This document shows, piece by piece, positions 43,901-49,600 of a DNA stretch of 64,000 nucleotides. The stretch is from Christensenellales bacterium (GTDB lineage: Bacteria > Bacillota > Clostridia > Christensenellales > UBA1242), in the NCBI GenBank assembly GCA_051883495.1, contig JBJETV010000017.1:28911-92910 (forward strand), read 5' to 3'. The notes beneath the pieces were generated by a model that ran no database searches, had not been told where the DNA came from, and saw nothing but the letters and a program-made list of their open reading frames with translations. The position numbers were made by a program, and so were the translations under genes. Within the stretch, counting starts at the first letter, position 1. Each line of letters begins with the position of its first letter.

Positions 43901-46188
43901 CTAATACAAAATTGGGATTGCATAAGAGTTATAACAATGTTCCTGTAGAAGCCAATACAGGTATTGTCGAAAAGATTCAAACTGTTGGAGCATTGGTGGC
44001 AACTCTAACTAGTTCATCAATAACCAACTGCTATAATGGTGAAAATGGTTCAGTAACTATTGCTGGCTCTGGGATTAGTGAATCAATTATGGTTGTGGGT
44101 AGTATAGGTTCAAGCAGTGAAGAGAGTATCTTGACAAATGTATTCAACTTGTGTACCAATGCAGATGGAAGTGTATCTTCCACCCCTGCAATTTATGAAA
44201 TTGCAGATAATGTGGTTAAAAAAGTTGATGGAGAAAATAGTAGCCCAATATTTGATAATCTTCAAGAAACTTCCACCGATGGAAGAAAATCTAGTGTTTG
44301 GGCAAAAGAATATTCTCTAAATTCAACAAAAGACGCATCTGGCAATCTCTATCCATCACTAAGAGGTGTTGGGCTGGAGTGGAAAAATACCGAATGTGAT
44401 ACACTGTTGTCATTTGATACAAATTCACTTTATAAAGGTGAAATAAGAAGTCTATTTGAGGGAAGTTCCATTATGTTTGCAGATGAAGTTTTGGGAGAGC
44501 AGGAACTTTCTAGCAAAGATTCCAGCATAAATAGAGTTTATCTTATCCAAACAGCACAAGAACTTGCTTGGCTTTCCTTGGCGGTAAACAGTGGAATGCT
44601 TACTTCGCATTGTGAATTTATCCTTATGGCAGATATCGACCTTGCGGGAAGATTCTTTACTCCAATAGGGTCAAGTCAACAAAATGCTTTTTGTGGTGTA
44701 TTCAACTTTAATGGGCATACGATAAAGAACTTGACCATAGACAGTCTAAACTATACACATTCAGGGTTGTTTGCCATCACTCAAAATGCTTATATAATCA
44801 ATGGATATATCAAAGACGCATTTATTAAAGTAGAAAACTCTAGTGTAACAACCAATCTTTATGCAGGAACTCTTGTGGGATTGGCATACAACACAACTAT
44901 CAAAAATATCACTGTTTCTACAGCAATGCTGATAAAAGGCGCAGGAAGAGTGTATGTTGGTGGCTTGGCAGGTCATGTGTCTGGAAGTATTCAATATGAA
45001 ATACAAAATGTTATGGCTATGCCTTCAAACAAAGAAGAATCGATTGGCGGACAAAATCATATAGACTTGACTGATTATCATACAAGGATATATGAGGAAG
45101 ACATAGATTCTTCCACTGCTTCAAAACTTAAAGATGTGTCCATAAATATTGGAGCAATAAGCCTTTCGGAAAGGGTTTTTGCAGGTGGTTTGATAGGGCT
45201 TGTTCATAATTATGACAGCACTGCAACTTCCGCAGGTATGACTTATTGCACCAATATGAACAATGTTGTTGCAATGTCAGTGGGCAATCAGCCAGCCAAT
45301 GTTTATGGTGGCGGTGTGGTAGGATACTTGGACAATCAAATGGTTATCGAAGCCTGCTACAACACTGGAAGCATCAAAACCAGTTCTACATTGTTTGATG
45401 CGGTGGGGGGCATTGTAGGTTACACTTACTATGGCACATTGCGAAATTGTCTTTCTACTGGTTATGTGGAGAGTTGCCTGAACTCTGCTATCAAGGGAGA
45501 GTCTTCCAGTGGAAGTATTTTCTCCTACATCGGAGGGATTGTTGGTATTGCAGTTGGAGGAACGATAACCAATACAATTTCACAATCAACAACATATCAG
45601 GATGTGCTGACAGGCAAAAACATTGCTGTTGGCGGTGTAGTTGGATATATGATGGGAAAAAATGATTTTACTTCAGACATAAATGTTTTGTTTGAAGGGG
45701 TAGGAAACTTTGGCTCAATCAATTCTGGCGTTGGTTTGTCGCAACCAATAGTAAATAGTTCATATAATATGGGACTTGATGGAAAATTCAATATCGATGA
45801 CAAGGTGTCCAATGGGTTTGTTTCATCATACTGGGCAGGCAGTGCTTCTGCTCCAATCCTTAAAGCGCAAAAAGCATATGTTGCATTGACCAGTGATTAC
45901 AATCTATCCGTTACTCTCAAAAACAAGACTCTTAACACCGAAAGCAGTCTTACTTACGAAAGACAGGGAAATAATCTTCGTGGGCTTCTCGCAAGTAGAA
46001 GTGATGAATTCGAATTGGTCTTTGCAAAAGATGAAGAAGTCAAAAAGATTTGCTTATCTGTGCTAGATACCAGTGGAGTAGTAACAAATGTGGAGGTAGA
46101 TGTAACCTTTACAGGTGAACAATTCGTATTAAGCCTTAATGATTACATAGCCAATGCAGTTAGCATATTTGTAAGGATAAAAAAATAA
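28855..46188 (+). CDS. Giant surface lipoprotein (5777 aa) with Ig-like regions and at least six GLUG-type beta-helix cassettes; paralog of giant protein 1
   Basis: Uninterrupted 17,334-nt ORF. RBS GAGGA lies 7 nt before the ATG. Lipobox signal. Repeated cap + GG[LIV]xG cassettes. An intrinsic terminator follows at 46196-46229. Confidence 0.9.
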   Translation: MKKIFSKIMVLLLIVSSLVIFGCNERYGDLKMSLNFCFSSFSSKTLNDGTRRWTNNTDNSVVDEMLDGSYTLYISGSTQTTAYIDATFSGVPEDFNSDVQVSLSNSILTVGKKQYIDGGMRVSICAKQEGSTTLTVLSSEGSKQRSLMIQVVEVPSVLRFRQGNVALSYKRGTTYNISSGLENNLSLRNMTFDLGTLSGAGETNIEKFVPFSSLQLASKNISLVESQILLLEDYDLTDDEVIYARATYKNPLGEDLVQIQQIEFLPQISNFEIYSFDSTKDNGLGQKVGGSEEDLLSTIDFVTNIAITHKDFVLKTNTYGKKINIIGIQDSLCPFSIFVQPNYENMGFAFGGDSLRVRYFNADGEITTAENIGRATYGLSYIRLVPSKIKSTEGSASYPDGTYNMNFECSYVDYPQEEFLSVATLNTRCYTVVNNYSVNGNILQNNNILTDFDEEKCYSTEVMTNFDASLGVKLSVEVGDPLNVLKSRSVFGLTFYRRADGSSTISRLNESEVLNIFQIFVNDEDHLLDANFSNQQFPAGTDFYFKIKQSGEIFVGDDIFVQITSIEDDSQAECVAKLSLVQGIREITGFEVVFRSREIDEATGDYIIFDTQNISFESNKATLDLDLSKDYIAIISLQYSPIEATLSNIYVSSLVDNVVLATVKNGNIILDPKSVGRNISVSLGASNLRQVYSLNVNVYYPVLSMEAEIVDISSNSSIGDYSIGTRNVYAKVKTKEQVEFMLTTRPYDANRYNLTYAVYNITSGSSVQVKNSYTIYYDGSVAGANKIYDEYFELNCTANAFRFTNDSAEGKTYVVEIVLENLDGTVLTWTFTLFAFVPVEEMDINLSRAEVVNPKTVAYETKLESGITFDTQNPPDNVFGFNVTVNKTSSRVPTNTFEEEATVTISIGGRTDGIYQVSGGVMSKISEGESVVRLLYPGVFGGKYWFELQDNVDSSYTTIQIGVRVNEYRNYHYATKNISIVNHEQVTEIYTNAQTTLKLRDTDILDDISFSLEIGNEKASNKTLLVQNLSIVEVGGNTMYLIAGEGAMSASIQNQTNMHSTLSLLPTGKAGKSILVVMPQDKIVTREQYETFCGTMTSISLTLEDFVDGMFYEKVSDAYEIAHEYQSGKQYYAKVVNYAELIKIWKGALTIQIDIENGEDVPYSISSMQDLLGIAQNPTKNYILANNIRFDNSKTFSPISSYYPVELTEDEFNKGIYYSKNNADQYILQTTYSNTQTYYAYGFGGSLVGKNKVQDRKTGESYYEYYSIENVYLPAQINQSRYGLFEVLYGTVSDVTIKYAFAQPTINVSTTFGGIAGVNFGRISNCTAQYTGAIFRAEEQIVFGGVAGVNFGEIEQNTQQESRLNRGDVEIIAKGENTLLAGGIVGFNFGDLSGSYSRQKGGEVSFGNSAYDSSLNIKVSITETSNSLNQFNIYSIPSALVTLFENYLISPDVDRGGAFLIPQNYAHLEQNYNDDTSTTTSDGLMCGIGGVVGINIGKVHNISVQSVVDAQDCDFVGGIVGLALSSELYNSKIGEVSYKFDDNKYSIYCSYSSSKVTGNHYVGGAVGGARGILTESNTDIPVAMYDVGAENYVNDEHSRNFVVGKGEVGGFAGRLVCVVAHYLSTTSYYDEYSSQGADWLGKEENYDIMATATLTSNFELRSVNDGLAGGFAGCGESVRYYACGANVNVWAPNTKAGYIFAFTSNMDVYFAENIFGKGVVYSNNNTNKLLGVNSFGSKNTISYSKITDVKNIISGRNGTIYSINGSEKTETEFTTLINSIFNENRDYLPWKVEKDTAGKIAGLPMLYITYKVDLSGVEVVKSEPLFVLGPVVITATVKDNLDSDEGWKFVKLDDKTIMLFFALSESDLISTESLLRLNTTSLLDLLNISVSPSGVKSNKLKVQSNSDLLEISGENIIIKSIGREGSSAVTLTVSSNLSSTNPENNAKIDVILCYGLTDVNVYANTSFTMPLNEDYGIDLLLSQTQTVYANPEYIVNVDNEDVSLRAMENVGLRFEVLAEDVNVILDSLNGTASGIGNIFTIASKQWTPVNSGGKVEKYYVNVDSTFASFVPLIAIPDGGKLAIECIPYIYQTINGERKTALLQEHSTHFYLSITHGATAISLLDNMQPNFVMNQLQKLAFTITMDTDSIDDRIILDNAIELGKELGINIGEYQYEFVDETGKIQIVGSSDVRGKTGLRKISQSYTVWFKDKLSGIKEDKNYIFNFHSNINTTIALPVAIKIIGENEVKSVYTNVYASYDDFPQKSSGGYIYSGLNDTPAVLGVEVYPYVTNYSHVRLSYTSTSGDLLFITPVILDLNNEHGKQFVDNGSVAVYSSNGKTLTINKSIGQDTFLSNNSGVYSYARSYFFKLFTDSHVKDGTEFVVKIDILNEAGAVILSKSEVISTLKKPGITFALDNDLLGNDGKYYVPINTKNELIVDTINYNDEIKWELSAVDVYGNAYSGFSDYKEGLEPKKEGSKYYIQLLNFEEGIWWSTDLVGKTITLRGEITSNKQTYSYEIQIVVTMFTVKEITVDKVENGSINIPVATTYPLRVNIEAFYDDNIKNSGSWYEEWYNNIYLNNKTDDSLYINIIKAGYQVKRYFVDYINELADNIAKATFSSSSSDSKVSGVWQYNAQENLISGSKYNDETFGVETFNDFFALYGLKTDKQSNILFDAKIAYTANKTSTTERASGIPNVKDYSTIDGKKEFKQAFVVTFVYPNELKNAIPVSTAEEFLSMKEGGDYRLVNDIVLSNYRPLTTNIASFDGNNKVIFITGFSYDYSTTGDVNLGLFEKIEKEVEVGGVAKQVLIENVTVYYTPSVTQQSLAGTVVIEPSLESLRINLPNASSVTFGGLTCSNAGVIANANILGGVRIEVNSSDVAGASGSASSNIGGLVANNEKSGYISNSTVGAKLFRKKTTSDEVEKVYDGFNIYCYGNAGGVVCTNRGKIVASYFESGSIEHNSKQEGVGGFVCSNYGEILESYVQGRRAESDKDIRNTGSGMVSRAGIVGGFVYYNSGVISDCYSNIWLTSSGAIAGFVYEDTAQSVISRCYSISYKKAGDNNTMAYPFAGPRTLVSTEVCINGVLNDCFFLNDKTKNDKWENTNFYTPGSNDPSKTPANKKAVELSISNFATHTYFTNYDLSLVYYSDKYANEESYNYVDGYTWAIIEGKPVIASTLVRTISQRDYLGKKKKYKESREMFAVDTSSSDLKSTVRAEDKSITDYTSASTGKLLFSTRKYADNSKIEFIYNATENFESLVITYEITNIEGKQSYVNPVAEYGESKRVLDVQENSIDSEQAKDNNFRANDTIVVVLDLDRNLISNITYYVLDEKNITYYYKGNDLAISKGSGDRSNPITIYDKDSLVYAFTNSVGGEADLSKYFRIVSDIDLDGDFLATSKANFTGVLQGNHMTISNLSMSYDRWSSDQVDRESFGMFAKITAGTRKDTIISNLKIGVLQIASNVHTYVGGLAGQIVGSLEQTANKVLLNNVSVVRTSTNNAPVQGRNIVGGLTGLVRGNVILKDIVTDVSVVSTYDASSTSLYINPTVKNNCNACSYVGGVVGVFDATPVVDNATKKNYNASNISVLAGNMYYGGIVGTAFGLLGKDTIANYVNVQVETSSDSFIKSKSYAGGIVGENRGTLLSSSAKNIEESESTVSIGSSSLVEYSYFFNGDGTQTLAIGGLVGLNNGGLISNALSAIDVRSSRTVIAGGAVGRQLSGGIENVIASGSVFADKIIGGLIGTINDKNIMTSQGGFSDEEDADACLMEADSSHLSLTGYSIAEDSYVLCRISNSVAENNWLYDDYSRYIQKINSSTRCAIGGFIGLIATEDDVEESRVNATWQDKVIFDGKSAYVGKISDGVNSRHIKSVYVDGTFDYPKNISDESYEFPRTNDGEQALFPYSLQELLTSAQTSDLSYSVEKIPFTAYSDQSSIGDEYISTILKISNNPGSIKQLNNEEGFYKEIKVVKINGPKPTDTSSFEDGVWYVDDSSGNVDFDWLAKHFGIVYFRKNDDSRFEEVVNYTNLNNEEVKRSFNEVYCNEESDDSSLTGAKWLNFYKQEESNKEYGKFYYIANSTLSTIRFDRTYTYKSDGKVQNEIALIGASTDNRGDGINSFKHIENLFYQSTFVLNGVCIFDFDINKSISEGSTGFENLWSSVEGEGNLYTLNLDNCKPAGAGDDWIWSVDLPDGGTIVDIKIRVESSGDEYYVSEVILSYEYNGVVLESETSNSAFIKETKDSNNPLLSSYSFISSAKKTSFRSFSSEYWIIGEDFYSQSVSFESKYPKNIEFAETYVWEDFRTKNVTGRITEINTAEDLALFAYLVNSGTDYTRIEVKLKANIDLSGKYWVPIGKDEAHAFNGTFTGNGYTIKYVSVDENSLAKTDEDRVVYAGIFGYVKNATITGLTLIGGKISGETAGGLVGYADNVQFNALVNRNNVMGDSYVGGLVGYAKDCSFENCTNYAEVKNTNNYNSTNVYVGGIAGKMDNGNLKTSDTRNDKGIQNYGVVYAQESHNNHFGGTEHLVNVWLGGLVGSAGSVEGITINTKLSNFGKINANSNATELRCGGLFGYLESNSCSSLFNKGIIKVANFNRNTTDERSKMYVGGVCGQAECDMSIMANEQDITVTCDLASNINSNIGGIVGALAGNINQSYNAKNISYVSKDSDIAYVGGLIGLSCISGHTYNEIVNCYNAGKITTTCGGVGSVAGIVGLAEENCGLIVQNTLSIGQILAQNGRVASNVGAITNFTEGLMLDPSEYPDEDVELATFANFYLRGVAVVGSVNATAVGGGEVDESGFAQSKIAKTLKDAETYESEGKPLWNFSVEEGGIWEWKYSTWFPTLKKNSPNTLWTDSIENMVQVGGDYVIDTAEQLANLAYLVNSGMIDTKGKVFRLRDAIDLSNKLWIPIGNEEFAFEGTFEGGGYSIFNMTVDGSAVEKSGIDKLNYGGLFGVVKNAKIANIGIMSPIVRNVNYATSVAVKATNSLITNVYTEKDGSNTCKIVGDIKAGGLVCELINSKDQSNTKLGLHKSYNNVPVEANTGIVEKIQTVGALVATLTSSSITNCYNGENGSVTIAGSGISESIMVVGSIGSSSEESILTNVFNLCTNADGSVSSTPAIYEIADNVVKKVDGENSSPIFDNLQETSTDGRKSSVWAKEYSLNSTKDASGNLYPSLRGVGLEWKNTECDTLLSFDTNSLYKGEIRSLFEGSSIMFADEVLGEQELSSKDSSINRVYLIQTAQELAWLSLAVNSGMLTSHCEFILMADIDLAGRFFTPIGSSQQNAFCGVFNFNGHTIKNLTIDSLNYTHSGLFAITQNAYIINGYIKDAFIKVENSSVTTNLYAGTLVGLAYNTTIKNITVSTAMLIKGAGRVYVGGLAGHVSGSIQYEIQNVMAMPSNKEESIGGQNHIDLTDYHTRIYEEDIDSSTASKLKDVSINIGAISLSERVFAGGLIGLVHNYDSTATSAGMTYCTNMNNVVAMSVGNQPANVYGGGVVGYLDNQMVIEACYNTGSIKTSSTLFDAVGGIVGYTYYGTLRNCLSTGYVESCLNSAIKGESSSGSIFSYIGGIVGIAVGGTITNTISQSTTYQDVLTGKNIAVGGVVGYMMGKNDFTSDINVLFEGVGNFGSINSGVGLSQPIVNSSYNMGLDGKFNIDDKVSNGFVSSYWAGSASAPILKAQKAYVALTSDYNLSVTLKNKTLNTESSLTYERQGNNLRGLLASRSDEFELVFAKDEEVKKICLSVLDTSGVVTNVEVDVTFTGEQFVLSLNDYIANAVSIFVRIKK
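32341..34280 (+). other. GLUG-type cassette A of giant protein 2 (approximate bounds)
   Basis: Cap YSISSMQDLLGIAQNPTKNYILANNIRFDN. Turns FGGIAGVNFGRISNC, FGGVAGVNFGEIEQN, AGGIVGFNFGDLSG, IGGVVGINIGKVHN, VGGIVGLALS and VGGAVGGARG. C-cap YLPWKVEKDTAGKIAGLPMLY. Confidence 0.55.
37030..38390 (+). other. Beta-helix cassette B of giant protein 2 (GFV variant), collinear with 11858-13330
   Basis: IPVSTAEEFLSMKEGGDYRLVNDIVLSNYRPLTTNIASFDGNNKVIFITGFSY ... VTFGGLTCSNAGVIANANI ... GGFVYYNSGVISDCYSNIWL ... NDCFFLNDKT ... GYTWAIIEGKPVIASTL. Confidence 0.6.
38908..40440 (+). other. GLUG-type cassette C of giant protein 2 (approximate bounds)
   Basis: Cap SNPITIYDKDSLVYAFTNSVGGEADLSKYFRIVSDIDLDGDFLATSKANFTGVLQGNHMTISNLSM. 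Turns VGGLAGQIVG, VGGLTGLVRG, VGGVVGVFDA, YGGIVGTAFG, AGGIVGENRG, IGGLVGLNNG, AGGAVGRQLSG, IGGLIGTIND and IGGFIGLIAT. Confidence 0.55.
41761..43370 (+). other. GLUG-type cassette D of giant protein 2
   Basis: Canonical cap ITEINTAEDLALFAYLVNSGTDYTRIEVKLKANIDLSGKYWVPIGKDEAHAFNGTFTGNGYTIKYVSV. Turns AGGLVGYADN, VGGLVGYAKD, VGGIAGKMDNG, LGGLVGSAGS, CGGLFGYLES, VGGVCGQAEC, IGGIVGALAG and VGGLIGLSC. C-cap IWEWKYSTWFPTLKK. Confidence 0.65.
43432..44380 (+). other. GLUG-type cassette E of giant protein 2
   Basis: Cap VIDTAEQLANLAYLVNSGMIDTKGKVFRLRDAIDLSNKLWIPIGNEEFAFEGTFEGGGYSIFNMTV, then YGGLFGVVKNAKIANIG and AGGLVCELIN. C-cap SVWAKEYSL...GNLYPSLRG. Confidence 0.6.
44533..45870 (+). other. GLUG-type cassette F of giant protein 2
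   Basis: Cap RVYLIQTAQELAWLSLAVNSGMLTSHCEFILMADIDLAGRFFTPIGSSQQNAFCGVFNFNGHTIKNLTI. Turns VGGLAGHVSG, AGGLIGLVHN, GGGVVGYLDN, VGGIVGYTYYG, IGGIVGIAVGG and VGGVVGYMMG. C-cap SSYWAGSASAPIL. Confidence 0.65.
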
Positions 46189-46195
46189 GCAAGAT

Positions 46196-46229
46196 AAATA
46201 TCTCTCATTTTTGGGAGATATTTATTTTT
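46196..46229 (+). terminator. Rho-independent terminator of giant gene 2
   Basis: 11-bp stem AAATATCTCTC / GGGAGATATTT (one wobble), loop ATTTTT, then ATTTTT. Starts 8 nt after the stop at 46188. Confidence 0.7.
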
Positions 46230-46427
46230 GTGTAAAATGATTTTGAAACTTGAAAATGTCGAATTATAATAATTTTTACAAAAATTTGTGCAAATTTGAT
46301 ATTGTAATATCGCAAAAAGTGTGATAATTTATGTAATATAACACGACAACTAGCCAAAGAGAGTTATATTTTTGCCTAATATGGAAATAATTTGCAAAAA
46401 ATGCTATAAAAATATTTTGAAAAACTA

Positions 46428-46456
46428 TTGACTTAAATTTTCATATGTGGTAAACT
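46428..46456 (+). promoter_or_regulatory. Sigma-A-type promoter for rpoB-rpoC (extended -10)
   Basis: TTGACT (46428-46433), 17-nt spacer, TGgTAAACT (46448-46456). Implies a leader of about 225 nt before the rpoB ATG. Confidence 0.55.
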
Positions 46457-46688
46457 CTGAGTTACGTTAAACTGTTATATTGCGCTTATTGTTGGGTTAA
46501 ACAAATAAAAGAAGGTATCTGCATGACGAAATTATGTTTTTTAATTTAGTTTATTTTTGATTGAATTGAGTTATCAAACATAATTTTTTTTTGTAATGTC
46601 AGGTCGTTAAACCTGCTATGCGAGCAATCCTTTTATAAAGTTTATCCAAAAAGAAGAGTAATAAACATCTTATTGTTAAGGAGAAAAA

Positions 46689-49600
46689 ATGGCACAAAAA
46701 AGTCTTGCAATGAAAAAAACAAAATATGGCAATGTTGAAAGAATAAATTTTTCAAAGATTGAAGAACCAATCGAGATGCCATATCTTCTTGCTATCCAAA
46801 AAGATTCTTACAAACAATTTTTGGAAACAGGTATAGCAGAAGTTTTGGAGGAATTTTCTCCAATTATGGATTATAGTGGGAAGGCAGAAATTTATTTTGT
46901 CGATTACACACTAGACCCAACCAAAAAATACACAAAGCAAGAGTGCAAAAGAAAGGGGATTACATATTCCGTAGCACTTAAGGCTCGTGTGCGTCTTGTA
47001 AGGAAAGAAGACGGCGAAGTGGTAGAACAAGATGTTTTCTTGGGAGATGTTCCTCTTATGACAGAGGAAGGCTCTTTTATAATCAATGGTATCGAAAGAG
47101 TTATCGTAAGTCAAATTGTTCGTAGTCCAAGTGCTTATTTTGGCAAAGAACAGGACAAGACTGGTAAATATCTTTTCAACGGCACTATTATCCCAACACA
47201 TGGCACATGGCTCGAAATTGAGCAAACTGTTGCCGATGTTTTGAAAATGGTGGTAGATAGAAGTAGCAAGGTTTCTTTGGGGGTATTCTTAAAATGTTTT
47301 GGATACACATCAAAACAAATCTTGGATATTTTTGGCAACAACCCACTTATCAAGTCTACTCTTGAAAAGGAAGTGCAAGACACTCAGGAAGAGGCTCTTA
47401 TCGAACTCAGCAAAAAAATGCGTCCAACAGAAGTTCCAAGTGCCGAAGCAACTTATAATTATATAAACTCTCTTTTCTTTACACATCAATATTACAATCT
47501 TGCTCGTGTAGGAAGATACAAACTTAACAAAAAACTTTCTATCGCAACTCGTATCACTGGCGAAACAGCCTATGGGGATATAAAGATTGGCAATACAGTT
47601 GTTGTAAAAGACGGCGAAATTATCCCAAGAGATGTGGCAAAGCAAATTCAAAACGCAGGCATCAACGAAGTTTGGTTGAGAGCAAAAACCCTTAGAGGCG
47701 ACTTCCAAATGGATGGAGATAAATTTGTCCCACACAAAGTTGTGGGAAATAATAGAGTAGAACTTTCTGCCATTTTCCCATGTGATGAAAAAGAATTGGG
47801 AGTGTTGGAGATGGTGTATTATCCTACTCTACAAAAACTCCTTCAAGAATACAAAACAAAAGATGAAAGATTGCAAGCAATAAGAGACCATGCCAAAGAA
47901 CTTATGAATTTCCAACTTACAATGGACGACATTTTTGCAACAATCAGTTATCATCTTGACCTAAATGCTGGTATTGGAGAGATAGATAATATCGACCACC
48001 TTGCCAACAGACGTATCGCAACAGTTGGCGAATTGATGAAAGGTGCATTTAGAAGTGGTATTACAAAACTCGCAGGTGTTATCCGTGAGACACTTCAGGC
48101 ACAAGACCTCTCTACAGTCAGCCCAGCATCAGTTATCAATGCAAGACCAGTAAATAAGGCTCTAAAGGACTTCTTGTCAAGTTCCCAACTTTCACAGCTT
48201 ATGGACCAAGTTAACCCAGTAAGTGAACTGACTCAAAAGAGAAAAATATCTGCTGTGGGGCCTGGTGGTGTTAAGAAAGAAAGAGCAACTGCTGATGTTC
48301 GTGATATTCACTATTCTCATTATGGAAGACTCTGTGCTATTGAAACACCAGAAGGTCAAGGTATTGGTCTTATCAACTCTCTTGCAACCTATGCAAAAGT
48401 TAATGAATATGGTTTCCTTCTTTCTCCACTTAAAGTGGTTGATAAGGAAAAGGGTATTGTAACTAACGAAGTGGTTTACCTTATGGCAGACGAAGAAGAA
48501 AATTGCTGTGTAGCACAAGCCATCGAACCACTTACCCCAGAGGGCAAATTTGTAAACTCTCGTGTTATTGTTAGGAAAAAAGACGCAGTTGTCGAAGTGC
48601 CAGCAAGCGAAGTTGACTATGTTGATGTTTCTCCAAAACAACTTATCTCTGCCGCTACAGCACTTATCCCATTCCTTTCCAACGACGATACTGCTCGTGC
48701 TTTGATGGGTTCTAACATGCAACGTCAGTCCGTTCCTCTTATAAGGACGGAAGCACCTATTATAGGAACAGGTATGGAACACAAGATTGCAGTTGACTCT
48801 GGCGCAATGGTGCTTGCAAAGAAAGCAGGTTATGTGTCCTATGTTTCCGCAACAGAAATAAGAGTAAAAAATGACGATGGCGAAACAGATTGCTATCAAC
48901 TTATAAAATTTTCAAAGACCAACCAAGACACTTGTGTAAATCAAAAACCAGCAGTTATCAAAAACCAAAGAGTAGAGGCAGGAGATGTGCTTGCTGATGG
49001 TTTCTCCACCAAGAATGGTGAACTTGCACTGGGCAAAAATATGACCATCGCTTATATGAACTGGGAAGGTTACAACTATGAAGATGCTATCTTGATTTCC
49101 GAAAGACTTGTAAGAGAAGACATATTTACATCAATCACTCTTAAGGTAGAAGAAAGCAAAGCAAGAAGCACAAAACTTGGTGATGAAGAAATAACAAGGG
49201 ATATCCCTAACATTGGCGAAGATGCACTGAAAAACCTTGACGAAAATGGTATTATTCGTGTGGGTGCAGAAGTAAGAACAGGAGATATCTTGGTTGGCAA
49301 GGTTACTCCAAAGGGCGAAACAGAACTCACCCCAGAAGAAAGACTTCTTCGTGCAATATTTGGCGAAAAGGCAAGGGAAGTGAGAGATACATCTCTGCGT
49401 GTCCAACATGGACATGGCGGAATTGTTGTGGACGTTCAAGTGTTCACAAGAAAAAATAAAGACGAACTAGAAGCAGGCGTCAACACAATGGTCAAAGTTT
49501 ATGTTGCTCAAAAACGTAAACTCTCCGTTGGGGACAAAATGGCTGGACGTCACGGAAACAAAGGTGTTGTTAGCCGTGTTCTCCCACTATCAGATCTTCC

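Noticed and set aside
4703-45812. Dozens of 60-190 aa minus-strand ORFs inside the giant genes (for example 7720-8154, 22138-22425, 26341-26904, 42552-42785).
   Set aside because: They are antisense to very strong coding frames. Their PPxxP/TPP-rich translations are the mirror of the GGT-GGT-rich GGxxG turns. No RBS or independent signals were seen.
4085-46188. Giant-gene block as a prophage, ICE or other mobile island.
   Set aside because: No integrase, transposase, tRNA target or phage-like genes are present. Composition resembles the neighbouring core genes. The only flank signal is the imperfect 55-bp repeat, reported separately.
46523-46549. 8-codon upstream ORF (MTKLCFLI) with an AAGAAGG RBS in the rpoB leader.
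   Set aside because: It is too short to distinguish from chance in AT-rich DNA, and it has no obvious attenuator coupled to it. Noted only as a possibility.
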